Notes: generated by a model from the sequence alone, not told the origin. 64,000 nucleotides of DNA from Verrucomicrobiales bacterium (GCA_035550135.1 DASZQB010000131.1:66411-130410), one strand, 5' to 3'; numbered from the stretch's first letter, positions 48,614-59,400 are shown. A program made the numbers and translations.

Positions 48614-48803
48614 TTGTCCCGCCCTTTCAGGGCTTTGAATTTGTGTCGTGTCTTTACCAGGGATTGCGCCTGCTTCGCAGGCTTATCCCTGGCTATGTTG
48701 CCGCGCCCTTTCAGGGCTTTCGAGTTCGTTGGGCGGAAATCCAGGAGTGCGCTTGGTTCGCAGGCTTACCTGGGCTTTGTTGTCCCGCCCCTTTCAGGGC
48801 TGG
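48614..48803 (+). repeat. REP-like array, about 2.3 units of ~86 bp
   Basis: The unit is GTTG(T/C)CCCGCCCTTTCAGGGCT, a ~24-nt spacer, then CCAGGGATTGCGCCTGCTTCGCAGGCTTATCCCTGG. Small hairpins lie at 48621-48634, 48704-48718 and 48787-48801. Long palindromes lie at 48658-48692 and, degenerate, at 48741-48773. Confidence 0.85.
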
Positions 48804-48838
48804 ACGGGGTCAATTGGGGGTATTGCGAACGAGGCGGC

Positions 48839-51800
48839 TCATTTTGATCGTTTGTCAGGATACACCGGGGCGGAGGGAACGGGGCGGGGGTCTTTGGCGA
48901 TGAGGTCCTGGAGGTGTTTGAGGGCGGCGTCGAGCTGGGCATCGCCGCCTTTGAAGGTGGAGACGGGGAGGTTGTCCACGATGATGTCAGGGTCCACGCC
49001 GTGACCTTCGATGAGCCATTTGCCTTCGGGACCGAAGACGCCGATCTCGGCGGCGGAGGCGATGCCTTTGTCTGCGAGTTCGTTTTCGAAGCTGAGCCAA
49101 ATCTCGCCGCCCCAGGTGCGGGTGCCGATCACTTTGCCGATGCCGAGACGTTTGACGCCTTCGCTGAAGGCCTCCCCGTCGGAGGCGGTGAACTCATCGC
49201 ACAAAACGCAGACGTGGCCGCGGAAGGCGTATTGCATATTCCATTCGGGGTTACCGGTGCGGGGCTGCCAATACATCCATGCCTTGCGCAGAAGCCGGCC
49301 AATGAGCCAACTGTCGATGTTGCCGCCGCGGTTATGACGCACGTCGATGATGAGACCCTGACGATTGTAAACGGGATAAAATTCGCGCGCCCATGCGGCC
49401 ATGTCCTGTTCCTGCATGGCGCGCAGGTGGACATAGCCGATATTGCCTTTGCCGTCGGCCTCCACTTTGAGGCGTCGCGTGTATTCCCACTCGCTGTAGC
49501 GAAGATTCGCGGCGGCGCGGAAGGGTACAGGGCGCACAATAGTTTCGCGTGCCGGATCTGCGCCGGTTTTCAATGTCAGGAGCACCTGCTTGCCATCCAT
49601 TCGCCGGAGAGCGGCGCCATAGTGCGGCAATTGAGAGAAGGGCTGGCCGTTGATGGCGGTGATGAGATCGCCTTCGCGCACGCCGGCCTCCGGTTTTGCC
49701 AGAGGCGCGAGGAGGGCGGGGAAGTCGGGATCAGTTTTGGGGATGTGCGTCACTTTCCATCCGCCGGCGGCCGGATCGGCGTCAAGGCGAGCGCCGAGGG
49801 AGGCAGTGTCAATATCGTCAGGGCCGCTGCGGGCATCACCATCGCGGACGAAAATGTGCAGCGCGGAAAGCTCGCCGACCATTTCGGACATGAGGTCCGC
49901 GAGTTCCTGACGGTCCGCCACGCGGTCCACGAGCGGCAGGTATTTTTTCCGGACGGCCTCCCAGTCGAGCGCGTGCATTTTGGCATCGTAGAACCAGTCG
50001 CGCATGAGCCGCCATGAGTCGGTGAACATCTGACGCCATTCGTCGCGCGGATTGATGGAAAAGGCCCAGTTGTCGAGCTGCACTTTGGCTTCGTCGAGTT
50101 TGTCCGCGTCGCCGGAGGCATCCAGAACGTAGAGGGCATTCTCCTTTCTCACTAACAATTTTTTGCCATCGGCGGAGAAGTCGTAGCCCTTGATATCCTC
50201 CACCATGTTTTTTGCTTTCGGCTTTTCGTTAGTGATCTTCAAACGCTGGAGGTGCCTTTTTGCCTTGAAGTCGGTTTCGCCGCGCACCCAGAAGAGGAAT
50301 TCCCCCTTTGCGCTGAGCGCGCTGTAGTTGCCGGCTTCGACGGGCACTTCGTAGAGGCGGGTGGTTAGGCCGTCGGCTTCCACTTTTACTTCGGTGGAAG
50401 AAGCCTTGTCCTCTTTCTTTTCATCCTTCTTCTCCTCTTTCTTCGAGTCGTCGTCTTTTTTGGGCCTGTGCAGTTCGTCGGCAGGCAGGAAGGGCCAGCG
50501 CTCCGATTTTGTCAAGCCCACGGCAAAAATCTTCGTGACCTGATCAAAAAAGGGCTCCGGCTGGCGGGGACCCCATGGGCTTTCGACAAGGGTGCGCAGT
50601 TCGCGGTCGGAAAGGAAGTAGAGCCATTTTCCGTCAGGCGACCATGCGGGACTGTAACTTTCCACGCGATCGCTGGTAACGGTGAGGCGCGCGTTGTCGC
50701 TGACGCGCTGGATAAAGATCTGGCGCACGGTATTCGCGGCGGGCTGCACCCATGCGATCCATGCGCTGTCCGGCGACCACGCAAGGCCTTCGAATTCTCC
50801 CGCCGGGCTTTTGGCGAGAACAGCGGTCGTCTTTTTGTCGGCGCTCCAGAGGAGCAACTGACGGTCGCGGTCGTGGAAGAGAATCCATTTTCCATCCGGT
50901 GAAGGCAGGCCTTCATAACGATAATTCGTGCCGCCGCTGGTAAGCGCCTGCGGAGTGCCGGAGCCGTTGGCGGGATATTGCCAGAACTCCAGTTCGCCGG
51001 AGGCATCGCTGAGAGCGACAATCGATTTTCCGTCCGGCAGGAAGCGTCCGTAGCGGCTGCGCACGCCAGCATTGCGCGAGACTTCGACGAACCTCCCGTC
51101 CTTCACCGGAGCGACAAACAACTGCCCGCGCGCAGTGAGCACCACGCGGTCGCCGTCCGGTGAGAGGTTTGCGGCGGTGAGATAATCCATGGGTTTGGAA
51201 ACCCATTTCTCACGCTGGTGATCGGCGTCGGTCGCGAGAGTAATGGGAATCCGGGCGGACTGGCCGTTCGTCAGGTCGAGGCGGTGGAGATCCGCGCCGA
51301 GTTGATAGACGACGGTATTGCCGGAGATGGCGGGGGATTTTACGTCGTAGTCTTTGTGCTGCGTGTGCTGGGTTAGTTCCTTGCCGTCCGGCAGCATGGA
51401 CCAAAGGTTCATGATGCCGTCGCGATCTGTCAGGAAAACGACGCGCTCGCCCCACCAGAGCGGAGAACGGCTGGTGCCCGGGAAGTCCGGCGTGACGGGT
51501 ACCGCTTCCGGCTGTCCGGTGGACCATCGCCAGAGGTTCTGCGCGGTGCCGCCCTGGTAGCGCTTGGTGCTGCTGCCCTGGAAGGCGAAGCGTGTGAAGA
51601 CAAGCGTTTGGCCCTGGGCATTCCACGCGCCGTCGCTGGCCTGAGACAGTGGCACGGGCTGCAGGCCGGTGCCGTCGGTGGCGATGCTGAGAAGTTGGTA
51701 GTCCGGCAAACCGGCCATGAGACGCGTGGCGAAGAGGATGCGTCCGTCCGGAGTCCAGCCGGTGAAAGCGGGCTGAGCAGTCTCCCATGTAAGGCGGCGC

Positions 51801-52093
51801 GGTCTTCCTCCTTCCGCGGGCATGACGTAAAGTTCCGCGGGGCCTTCATATTCTCCGGAAAAGGCGACCCATTTGCCATCGCGGGAAATCGAGGCGCGCG
51901 TTTCCGCACCGGGATGCGTGGTCAGGCGCTGCGCTGCACCGCCTGCAAGGGACACGCGCCAGAGGTCGCCCTCCGCGGTGAAGATGACGGTTTCACTATG
52001 GATGGCAGGATAGCGGTAATAGCCTGCGGGTCCCTGCGCCAGCAGGGCGGAAGAGAGGGAGAGGAAGACGGTGAGAGCGGATACCGGTTTCAT
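48839..52093 (-). CDS. Tricorn protease homolog (S41 family; beta-propellers, PDZ and C-terminal peptidase)
   Basis: Signal peptide MKPVSALTVFLSLSSALLAQG. YRYPAIHSETVIFTAEGDLWRVSLAGGAAQRLTTHPGAETRASISRDGKWVAFSGEYEGPAELYVM is a typical tricorn N-terminus. TolB-like repeats follow, then a PDZ-like segment (GDLITAINGQPF) and the S41 core (IDVRHNRGGN...CDEFTASDGEAF). Confidence 0.9.
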   Translation of the reverse strand: MKPVSALTVFLSLSSALLAQGPAGYYRYPAIHSETVIFTAEGDLWRVSLAGGAAQRLTTHPGAETRASISRDGKWVAFSGEYEGPAELYVMPAEGGRPRRLTWETAQPAFTGWTPDGRILFATRLMAGLPDYQLLSIATDGTGLQPVPLSQASDGAWNAQGQTLVFTRFAFQGSSTKRYQGGTAQNLWRWSTGQPEAVPVTPDFPGTSRSPLWWGERVVFLTDRDGIMNLWSMLPDGKELTQHTQHKDYDVKSPAISGNTVVYQLGADLHRLDLTNGQSARIPITLATDADHQREKWVSKPMDYLTAANLSPDGDRVVLTARGQLFVAPVKDGRFVEVSRNAGVRSRYGRFLPDGKSIVALSDASGELEFWQYPANGSGTPQALTSGGTNYRYEGLPSPDGKWILFHDRDRQLLLWSADKKTTAVLAKSPAGEFEGLAWSPDSAWIAWVQPAANTVRQIFIQRVSDNARLTVTSDRVESYSPAWSPDGKWLYFLSDRELRTLVESPWGPRQPEPFFDQVTKIFAVGLTKSERWPFLPADELHRPKKDDDSKKEEKKDEKKEDKASSTEVKVEADGLTTRLYEVPVEAGNYSALSAKGEFLFWVRGETDFKAKRHLQRLKITNEKPKAKNMVEDIKGYDFSADGKKLLVRKENALYVLDASGDADKLDEAKVQLDNWAFSINPRDEWRQMFTDSWRLMRDWFYDAKMHALDWEAVRKKYLPLVDRVADRQELADLMSEMVGELSALHIFVRDGDARSGPDDIDTASLGARLDADPAAGGWKVTHIPKTDPDFPALLAPLAKPEAGVREGDLITAINGQPFSQLPHYGAALRRMDGKQVLLTLKTGADPARETIVRPVPFRAAANLRYSEWEYTRRLKVEADGKGNIGYVHLRAMQEQDMAAWAREFYPVYNRQGLIIDVRHNRGGNIDSWLIGRLLRKAWMYWQPRTGNPEWNMQYAFRGHVCVLCDEFTASDGEAFSEGVKRLGIGKVIGTRTWGGEIWLSFENELADKGIASAAEIGVFGPEGKWLIEGHGVDPDIIVDNLPVSTFKGGDAQLDAALKHLQDLIAKDPRPVPSAPVYPDKRSK

Positions 52094-52201
52094 ACGGGGC
52101 GCATCGTTAGCGCGGGCGGGAGATGTGTCGAGGGGAGGAGGGGCAGGGAGTGTGAAAATGGGAAAGTATTAGTCGGCGCGCCGGGGAGAAAATAATTGGT
52201 T

Positions 52202-52264
52202 TGATTTGGTTTGATATAGCCTGATTTGGTCTGATGGGGAGAAGGCGAGTGATAGAATTTTGAT
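52202..52264. repeat. Helically phased TGAT array upstream of the tricorn protease gene
   Basis: TGAT occurs at 52202, 52212, 52222 and 52232, exactly 10 bp apart (GGTTTGATTT GGTTTGATAT AGCCTGATTT GGTCTGATGG). Further copies occur at 52250 and 52261. The array lies 110-170 bp upstream of the minus-strand start at 52093. Confidence 0.5.
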
Positions 52265-52838
52265 TTTGGCACCAGTTCCGCCGCGGCACGGAAAATGACG
52301 AAACCCGAAACCCGAAGCCAGAAATCCGAAGGAATGACGAAAAATGAAAGGTCCGTTGGGACCAGGAGACGGTCTTTGGCTTCTGTGGAAACCGGTGGGT
52401 GTCATACGATGAAACTGGTGGGTGGCGGACACGGAATCGTCTGCGATGGAGAAACCGCGCCTGAAAAGAACGCAGGGGATTACCGCGAAAAAAGTCAAAT
52501 GAAACAGTCAGGAACCTTTGTGAGGAAGCGGAGCGGCGGATTTGAACCGGGACCTTCGCCGGAACAAGGGCCCGCAGATGCCGGACTTCCCATTTCAGAG
52601 GGACGGCGAAGGGTCCCGCAGGATGTTAGGCGAGGAGAATCTTCGCTTCATTTTGAGGCAATTTCCCGGTGTATCGTTACCAACTCAAACGTAACGATGG
52701 GTTTTTAGGGGCAGCAACGAATGTCCTGGGCATGCGGCAATTTTCCTGACCATTGCCGGCGAGCGGGCAGAGCTCGATAAGCCGGGAGCAGAGGAAGGTC
52801 ACCGTTGAAGTTTCCGCCGGCACCGGTATTCTGGATTC

Positions 52839-53063
52839 ATGACAAAAACTCTGGAAGAACGCGTGGCTGCCCTTGAAAAGGAGTTGGCTGAAATGAAAGC
52901 ACGGCCCTGGTTGTCACCGCCGATGAGCAAAGACTGGATGAGTACGGTGGGATGGGCCGCGGAAAGCGATGTACATGACGCTGCGGCCCTTGCGGGAGAG
53001 GATTATCGTCGCAATCAAACTTACGAAAAAGAGCTCGAAACACGTGGTGGTTCTGGACACTAA
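52839..53063 (+). CDS. Putative antitoxin of a VapBC-like pair (family not recognised)
   Basis: 74-aa ORF whose 3' end overlaps the PIN gene by 20 nt. The N-terminal helix is TLEERVAALEKELAEMK. I could not recognise an AbrB, RHH, Phd or MerR motif. Confidence 0.55.
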   Translation: MTKTLEERVAALEKELAEMKARPWLSPPMSKDWMSTVGWAAESDVHDAAALAGEDYRRNQTYEKELETRGGSGH

Positions 53064-53460
53064 TCATCTGACCGTCTTAACGAAAGGTGGCCCGCGAGCT
53101 CAGCGGTTGGTCGCCAGACTTGAGAAGTCGACCCAGGAGGTGGTGACCAGTGTGGTTTGTGTAGAAGAGAGGATACAGGGATGGATTTCTGAAATCCGCC
53201 GGAGGGACCTTTGGGGACAGGTGGAGGCCTATCGTGAATTCAGCCAATTGATTGAAACGTATGCCCGGTGGATATTGCTTCCCTGGGATGAGGAAGCCGC
53301 TAATCTCTTTGTGAAGTTTCGTGCGGCGGGAGTTCGCATTGGCACGATGGACCTGAAGATTGCGTGTATTACAATCACGCATGATGCACTGTTGCTGACT
53401 CAAAACGCCGCCGATTTTGCGAAAGTGCCCGGTCTGCGTTCTGAGGACTGGCTGGAGTAG
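53044..53460 (+). CDS. vapC: Type II toxin VapC (PIN-domain ribonuclease)
   Basis: 138 aa from GTG 53044: VVVLDTNHL (Asp 1), CVEERIQG (Glu), GTMDLKIACI (Asp), LLTQNAADF, in the PF01850 order. The track ORF 52969 extends upstream into the antitoxin gene. Confidence 0.8.
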   Translation: MVVLDTNHLTVLTKGGPRAQRLVARLEKSTQEVVTSVVCVEERIQGWISEIRRRDLWGQVEAYREFSQLIETYARWILLPWDEEAANLFVKFRAAGVRIGTMDLKIACITITHDALLLTQNAADFAKVPGLRSEDWLE

Positions 53461-53499
53461 TAAGGTCCTAAGGCTGCCGGGTGGCTTCGAAACGGTCTG

Positions 53500-56400
53500 T
53501 CACGGCAGGGTGACCATGAGGCGGATGTAGAGGTGCTGGCCGGCGGGGATGCTGATGGGGGCGCGGTAACGGAGGGTGAGAGTCCCGTCGGGATTGGGGG
53601 TGCTGGAGACCTGGGTCAGGGTGGAGGTCCAGGCGGTGAGAGTGGAGGAGAGTTGCGGGGTGACGGTGCCTGCCGGGAGGCCGGTGGGGAGGCGGAATTC
53701 GACGGTGAGGAATCTGTCAGGGCCAATGGTGGTGACGCTGGCGGAGGGGAGGAGAGCGGAGGCGTCCGGGCGTTTGGGGTCGCCGGCGAGGGCGTATTCG
53801 AGGCGGTTGTTGAGGCCGTCGAAATCGGGGTCGGCGTCGGGGCCGGAGATGAGGTTATCGGCGGCGCTGGCGGGGCCCCAGAGGAGGTTGCGCCATTGTT
53901 GATAGGTCCATGGAATGTTAGTGCCACCGGGGCCGATGAGGCCGCCGGGCCATGCGGAGGCGGTCCAACTGGCCGGGAGGTTGTGATCCGGATTCGTCGC
54001 GGGCGCGATGAGGAGGAGGGACGGACCATTGCCGTCGGCGCGCCCGGGCCACGGCGGGAGATCGCTGTAGGTGAAGTCTTTAATGACGTCCGGCAGCGTG
54101 TCTGCATCCACGCCGTCGGGGCCGGTGAGGACAAGCTGTTCGCCGCCGTTGCCAAGGCCGCCGGTGAACTCACCGGCAATCATCGCATTGTATCCGGTTC
54201 CGTGGCGGAACTCGAAGGCATCGCGGCGGCGGATGAGGAGAATGCTCTGGCCGGGATTGAGAGCGATGACACTGCTTTGGGTATTGAAGTCAAAGCTGAG
54301 TCCGACGGTGAACTTCACATCCTGGAGATTTACGGGCGCGCTGCCGATGGCCATGAGGCGGATGAACTCGAAATCGTCCGCATTGTTGAAGGTGGCGGCC
54401 TCTTCCACGGCGCTGGCGTCGGGCGGATGATACATGATTTCCGCCACGACGAGGTTTGCGGCGGTGGCGGGAACCGCATTCACCAGATACGTGGCTTCGG
54501 TCAGGGCGCTCCACTCGTTGTTCGTGCTGTTGCGCGAGCGAGCTCTGATCGTGGTGATCTGTGTGAGCGGGACGGGCGCGCTGTAAGTGGCTGCCGCGGG
54601 ATTGACCGCGCCGCCGGCGAGGCGAGGGTCGCTGCCGTCTGTGGTATAATAAATGGTTACCCCGCCCGGGACGTTGCCGACACTGCCGGTCATGGTGACG
54701 GTGCTGCCTGCGGTCACGGCACCGCCGAAAGGCGTCAGGACGGGCGGCTCTGTTTCCGGACAGAAGGTGTCAGCGGTATTGTAAGTTCCGTTAGGCGCCC
54801 GCAGGTGGCCGGGAGTGTAGCCCGCGACGCCTTTGGTGCCTTTGGGCAGGATGACGGTGCGCCGCCCCGTTGAAGGATTTACCCAGATGTCGAACCACGC
54901 GGTGCGCAGCGCCTGGCCCGTATTGTATTGCACCAGGGGACCGGCTTCGGCCACGAGTTCGTCGAGCCGCGTTTTGAGTCTGCTCTTCAGCGGACCTGCA
55001 CTGTCGGGATCGCGGTCATCGAGCACGCCGCCGTTGAACATGGCGCGATTCACACGGTCCGCGAACTTGAGACGCCATTCGGCATTGGTGCGCAGGCGCG
55101 CGAAGATGCGCGAGAGGTCGGAGTTGCCGTCGCGGCCAGTGAGGTCGAGCGCGATGGTGTTATAGTTGTGATCCTTGAGGACATTCGTGACGTAATCGGT
55201 GTGGTAGGAATTGATGAGACACGCGCCCTCCAGGTCCCATGTGGTGTAGCGGAAGCGTCCGTCCGGGCCGTTGCTGCGTTCGCGGTAGAAGACGTAGTTG
55301 TTCCACGGCCAGTCCCACATGGAGGTGTAGATATTGAAGAGATAATAGTCCGCGAAATTGTCGAGATCCGCCACCGCCTGCACGACTGTCCAGTAGCTGG
55401 CGCTGGCGGTATTGTTGATGACATTGTTGAAATTGTTCCACGATGTTACGTTTTGGTTTGCGACCTCGTTAGGCAAGCCGTCCACCCATTCGTTGACGTA
55501 GCGCACCTCCCAGATGTTTTCGCTGCGGTAGTGCTGTTGGAAGAGCGGCTCGCGCACGCGCTCGGCGAGGTTATAGACGCCCTTATAGACGCCGTTGAAG
55601 TACACTGAGCACACAAGTCCGCGCGGTGAGACGTGGCCCATGTCGCCAAACACGCGGCGGAGCATTTCATCGCTGATATGCGGGTTCCCGATGTCATTCT
55701 TGCCCGCGCGCAGGCGCAGGCTTTGGAACTTCCGCACGTCGTAGCCGGGGAAGAGCGGGTAGTCGAGTTCACCCGCACCGAAATCACCGCGAAAGAAGAT
55801 GTTCCATGAACACTTTTCGTTAGGGTTCCATGGATCGAACGGTGAGAGGCCCGTATTGCTCATGGTCAGCCGCGGACGGCTGTAAGGGCTCGAAGACAGC
55901 CGGAGGCCGAAGTCCATGTTGAGCGGCTGCTGGCCGGGATCGGCATAATAACCGGGAGGGAAATAGAATTCCATGAGGGTTTCCCGCTCGAAGGCCTGGC
56001 CGCGGCCCACGGGGATGTTGTAGCTGTTAGGCCCCGCAGGATTCCAGATATCCGCCGCGGTGCCGTTGAGTCCGTAGCCGCCGCCCTGGATGGAGAGCAG
56101 ACCCTCCGGTTTGTAGAAGGTGCGTCCGGCATCGCCGGTGAACAGAAGAGCGGGCACGCCGGAAATTGCGGCATCCTGATTGATAAGATACGTCTCCGTC
56201 TTTACGCCGCTGGGGAGCATGCCGGACGCGAACGTGCGGGCACGGACGACGTTGGCGGTTCTGCCGTTGGGGCGCGTGAGGCTCAGTGGCGCTGTGTATT
56301 GAGTGCCGTTCGTTTCCGTGGGCGTGGAGCCGTCGAGGGTATAGCGGATGGTCGAGCCGGGAGTGATCGTGGTGAGGACAAGAGTTTGGTTTGCCGTGTA

Positions 56401-59400
56401 GCGTCCCCCGGTAAGCGGTGTGGTGCCATTGGCGGCCATGAACTGCGGCGGTTCAGCGCGTGCTGCCATACTGTCGCCGGCGTTGGCCGTGCCAGGAGTG
56501 CCGGTGGTGAGAAAGCCCCACACGCTGCTGTTAGGCGGCGTGCGGCCCCAGGTGCTGGAGAAGACCTGACTGGGTACGGGCAGAGGTACTTCGTCCATGG
56601 GAGCGAGCGCGGCGTTAAACAGCGCGAGACGCTCGCCAGTGTCGCTCAGCGTGAAATTTGCGTGCAGCCGCTGCGCGGGACCGGCGGGAGCATTCGCCTC
56701 CTCGCGGTCATCGCACATCACGATGAGATAACCGCCGGCGGGGATGGACGTGTTAGTCGGGAAGCGCCATTTGCCCGGTTGCGACAAGGGTTCATCCGTT
56801 AGGGCCCAGTTGCTGAGGTCCACGGGGGAACCGCCATTATTATACAGTTCGACCCAGTCCGTGAATGCCGAGGGCTCTTCGAAATCCGCCTCTTCGCCAA
56901 CGGGCGGATTGAACGTTGTCGTCGCGAGGCCCGGGTCTGCGACGCCGCCGGAGGGTTCGTAGCGGCCTACGAATTGTTTCCATGCGCCGCCCGCGCTGCC
57001 TGAAGCGAAGATGTCACGAATTTGCGAAGGATCGCTGCCGGTGAAAGTGATCTCGAAGTTGTCCAGCGTGATGCTGCTGCCTGCGGCCCAGTCCGCGGTC
57101 CTGTAGAACGTTGGGACGAACGAGACGCTGCCGGCGCCGTTAAGCGTGTTGTTGAAACGGCTGCCCGGTTGATTGCCGGCGCCGAGATTGATTGAGTAAA
57201 GCTGCCACGGGATGATCTCGAAATCGTCCAGCCGGATGCGCGTGCCGCTGGCGAGACTCGCGGAGCTGAACTGCATGGTGAAACTGCGCGAGTTTTGCGC
57301 GTTCATGCTGGTGATGAAGGCGGCAAGATTTCCCGCAGTGGAAAACTCGCGCGTCACCACCTGCCATGTGCCTGTGCCCGTGATGGTGCCGAAGTCCGCG
57401 CGATTGTTATAACCCGCTGTCGGCTGCGGCTCGGCCCACACGCTGCACGTTTCGCCCGCTGGCACGTTCACCGCAAACCGCATGGTCACGAGTCCGACGT
57501 TCTGTGGTGTCAGAGAACCCGGCGTCCACTGCTGTGCGGAGAATCCGGGAATCGTGAATCCCGAATAGCCTGGCTGCGGCGTGCCGGTGGCGGTGATTTC
57601 ATAACGCAAATGACCGGCGGTGCCGCCATTGCCCGCGCCCGCAGTGTTGTCCTGCACGAGCCGCGAGGTGAAGCCGTTGCCCGCGCCGTCCGCCCAGATG
57701 TAAGTTGTCACCGGCGGCGCACCGGACGTGGTGTTAGTGGAGGTGCTGCCGTTGCAGGCCACCTGCACGTAGCCGTTGTTCGCGTTCGAAAACGTGATGG
57801 GCGGCGCCTCGCTGCTGGCGGCGGCGGATTCGATCCAGAAATTCACATCGTCGATCTGAAGAAGATTGCCTGTTTGATAGGAGGCAATGCCATCCACATT
57901 CGCGACAACGAACTGCTGCGTCTTCGGCGCATGGCCGTTCATGGCCGTCAGATAACCCGCGGTGTTGGTGCCCGTGCTGAGAGCGCGCTCGGTGGTTTCC
58001 CAATTGCCGGTGCCGGTGAAGGTGCCGAAGTCCACGCGCGCGCCGTAGCCGTCACTAACCATCGGTTCGAGGCGAAGATTCAGTCGTCTGCCCGCAGGGA
58101 TTTTCCAGCGGAAGGAAAACTTTGCCGACGTTAGATCAGCGGCTGCGAGGTTCGAGCGGCCCGCCCATTCCGTGGCGGTGAGGCCGCCGTTTTGCAGACC
58201 GAATCCCCACCATTCATTTGAAGTGCCCGCGGCGCGGGTGGGCATGGTGATCCAGTCGAGGGCGAGCACGCCGTTGGTTCCGCCGCCGGGGGAGGGAATG
58301 GCGGCGTCCTCTTTCACGACGAACTGGCCGCTCCGCAGGTCAGTAGTGGAGAAGCCGAACCAGCCGTAGGCGGGTGAGCCCGCCGTGACGCCGCTGCCGG
58401 CGCCCGTGGCGCTGATGTTCCATGTCAGCGTCTGATTCGCAGCGGCGGGCCATGTCAGGTCCGGCGGCGGAGCGGGCGGCGCGCCGACGGCCGGGAATCC
58501 ATCGAGGACGTTCGTCGCGTCCGCGATTGTTGGCTGAAGGCGGAGGCCCATTTGCGCGCCGCCGGTGGTGCGATAGCGAAAGCGCAGGGTGGTGCCGCTG
58601 AGCGCGTTGGCATTCACGCTGCCGGTGGCCCAGCCCCCAGTCATGGAGACGCCAGGTCCAAAGTGCGTCCATGCGGAAACCGCGCCAGTTTGGGTGAAGT
58701 CGAACTTCAGTCCGCCACTGCCGCCAATACCGGCCGCGGCGCTTTCCGTGACAACATTCGTCAGGGAGCCGGAGGCGGTGCTGGCGGGATCGGATGCCAT
58801 CGTCGCGAGCCAGCCGTTAGGAGCATTGGTGCCGGAGGCTGTGTCGCTCTGCGCACCCGCGTTGTTTGTGTGCGTGCGGCTGGCACCGGTGCCATTGTTG
58901 AAATCAAGACTCTTCGCCGTGAGGTTTGCGGTGGGTCCGACAAACCGGAGTCCCGCATTGATGCTGAATGTCGGCGTTTGGCCGGTCCAGTTTTGATTGC
59001 CGGAAGTGGGTGGTGTATTGGAATTCGCCGCCTGGATGGCGATGAGGTTTTCGCCGGTGACCAACAGCGTGTTCGCGGGGCCGATCACGTATTCCTGAAG
59101 TCCGGTGCGCGTTTCCGGATTATAGGCGGCCTGGTCGGCATACACGAAATGCTTCGCCGGACCCATGTTGGCGCGAGCCACCTCTTTGCCATTGATCCAG
59201 CAAATGAAACCGTCATTCGCCTCCACCAGCAGAGAGAGCGGCTGCGTGCTGCCTGCATCCGCGGCGGTGATGGTGAACAGCTTTCGCAGGTAGAATGTGG
59301 GCGTCCTGCCTTGCATGGTGGCCGCCAGATTCGTCTGCAATCCCCCGACGCCATAGCCCGCCGGGAGATTGCCGGATGTCCACGCGGCATCGTTGTAAGC

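Larger units (their letters stand above)
47975..48803 (+). mobile_element. RAYT-REP module: a Y1 (IS200-like) transposase gene flanked by inverted REP-like repeat arrays
   Basis: See the three component features (47975-48085, 48129-48578, 48614-48803). The upstream units are the reverse complement of the downstream units. Confidence 0.75.

Noticed and set aside
52527-52652. Calling the T-loop-containing element a tRNA, tRNA-Sec or tmRNA gene
   Set aside because: At about 126 nt it is too long, and the T-stem pairs at only 3 of 5 positions. I could not draw a 7-nt anticodon loop or a D-arm. No tmRNA-type GGGG 5' end or tag-reading-frame region is evident. It is kept only as a structured-element observation.
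52295-52708. 137-aa ORF in the AT-richer islet
   Set aside because: Third-codon positions show no GC enrichment, unlike the neighbouring genes. The product is a low-complexity basic sequence without motifs, and the ORF runs through the hairpin-rich element. It is not called as a CDS, although a foreign-origin gene cannot be excluded.
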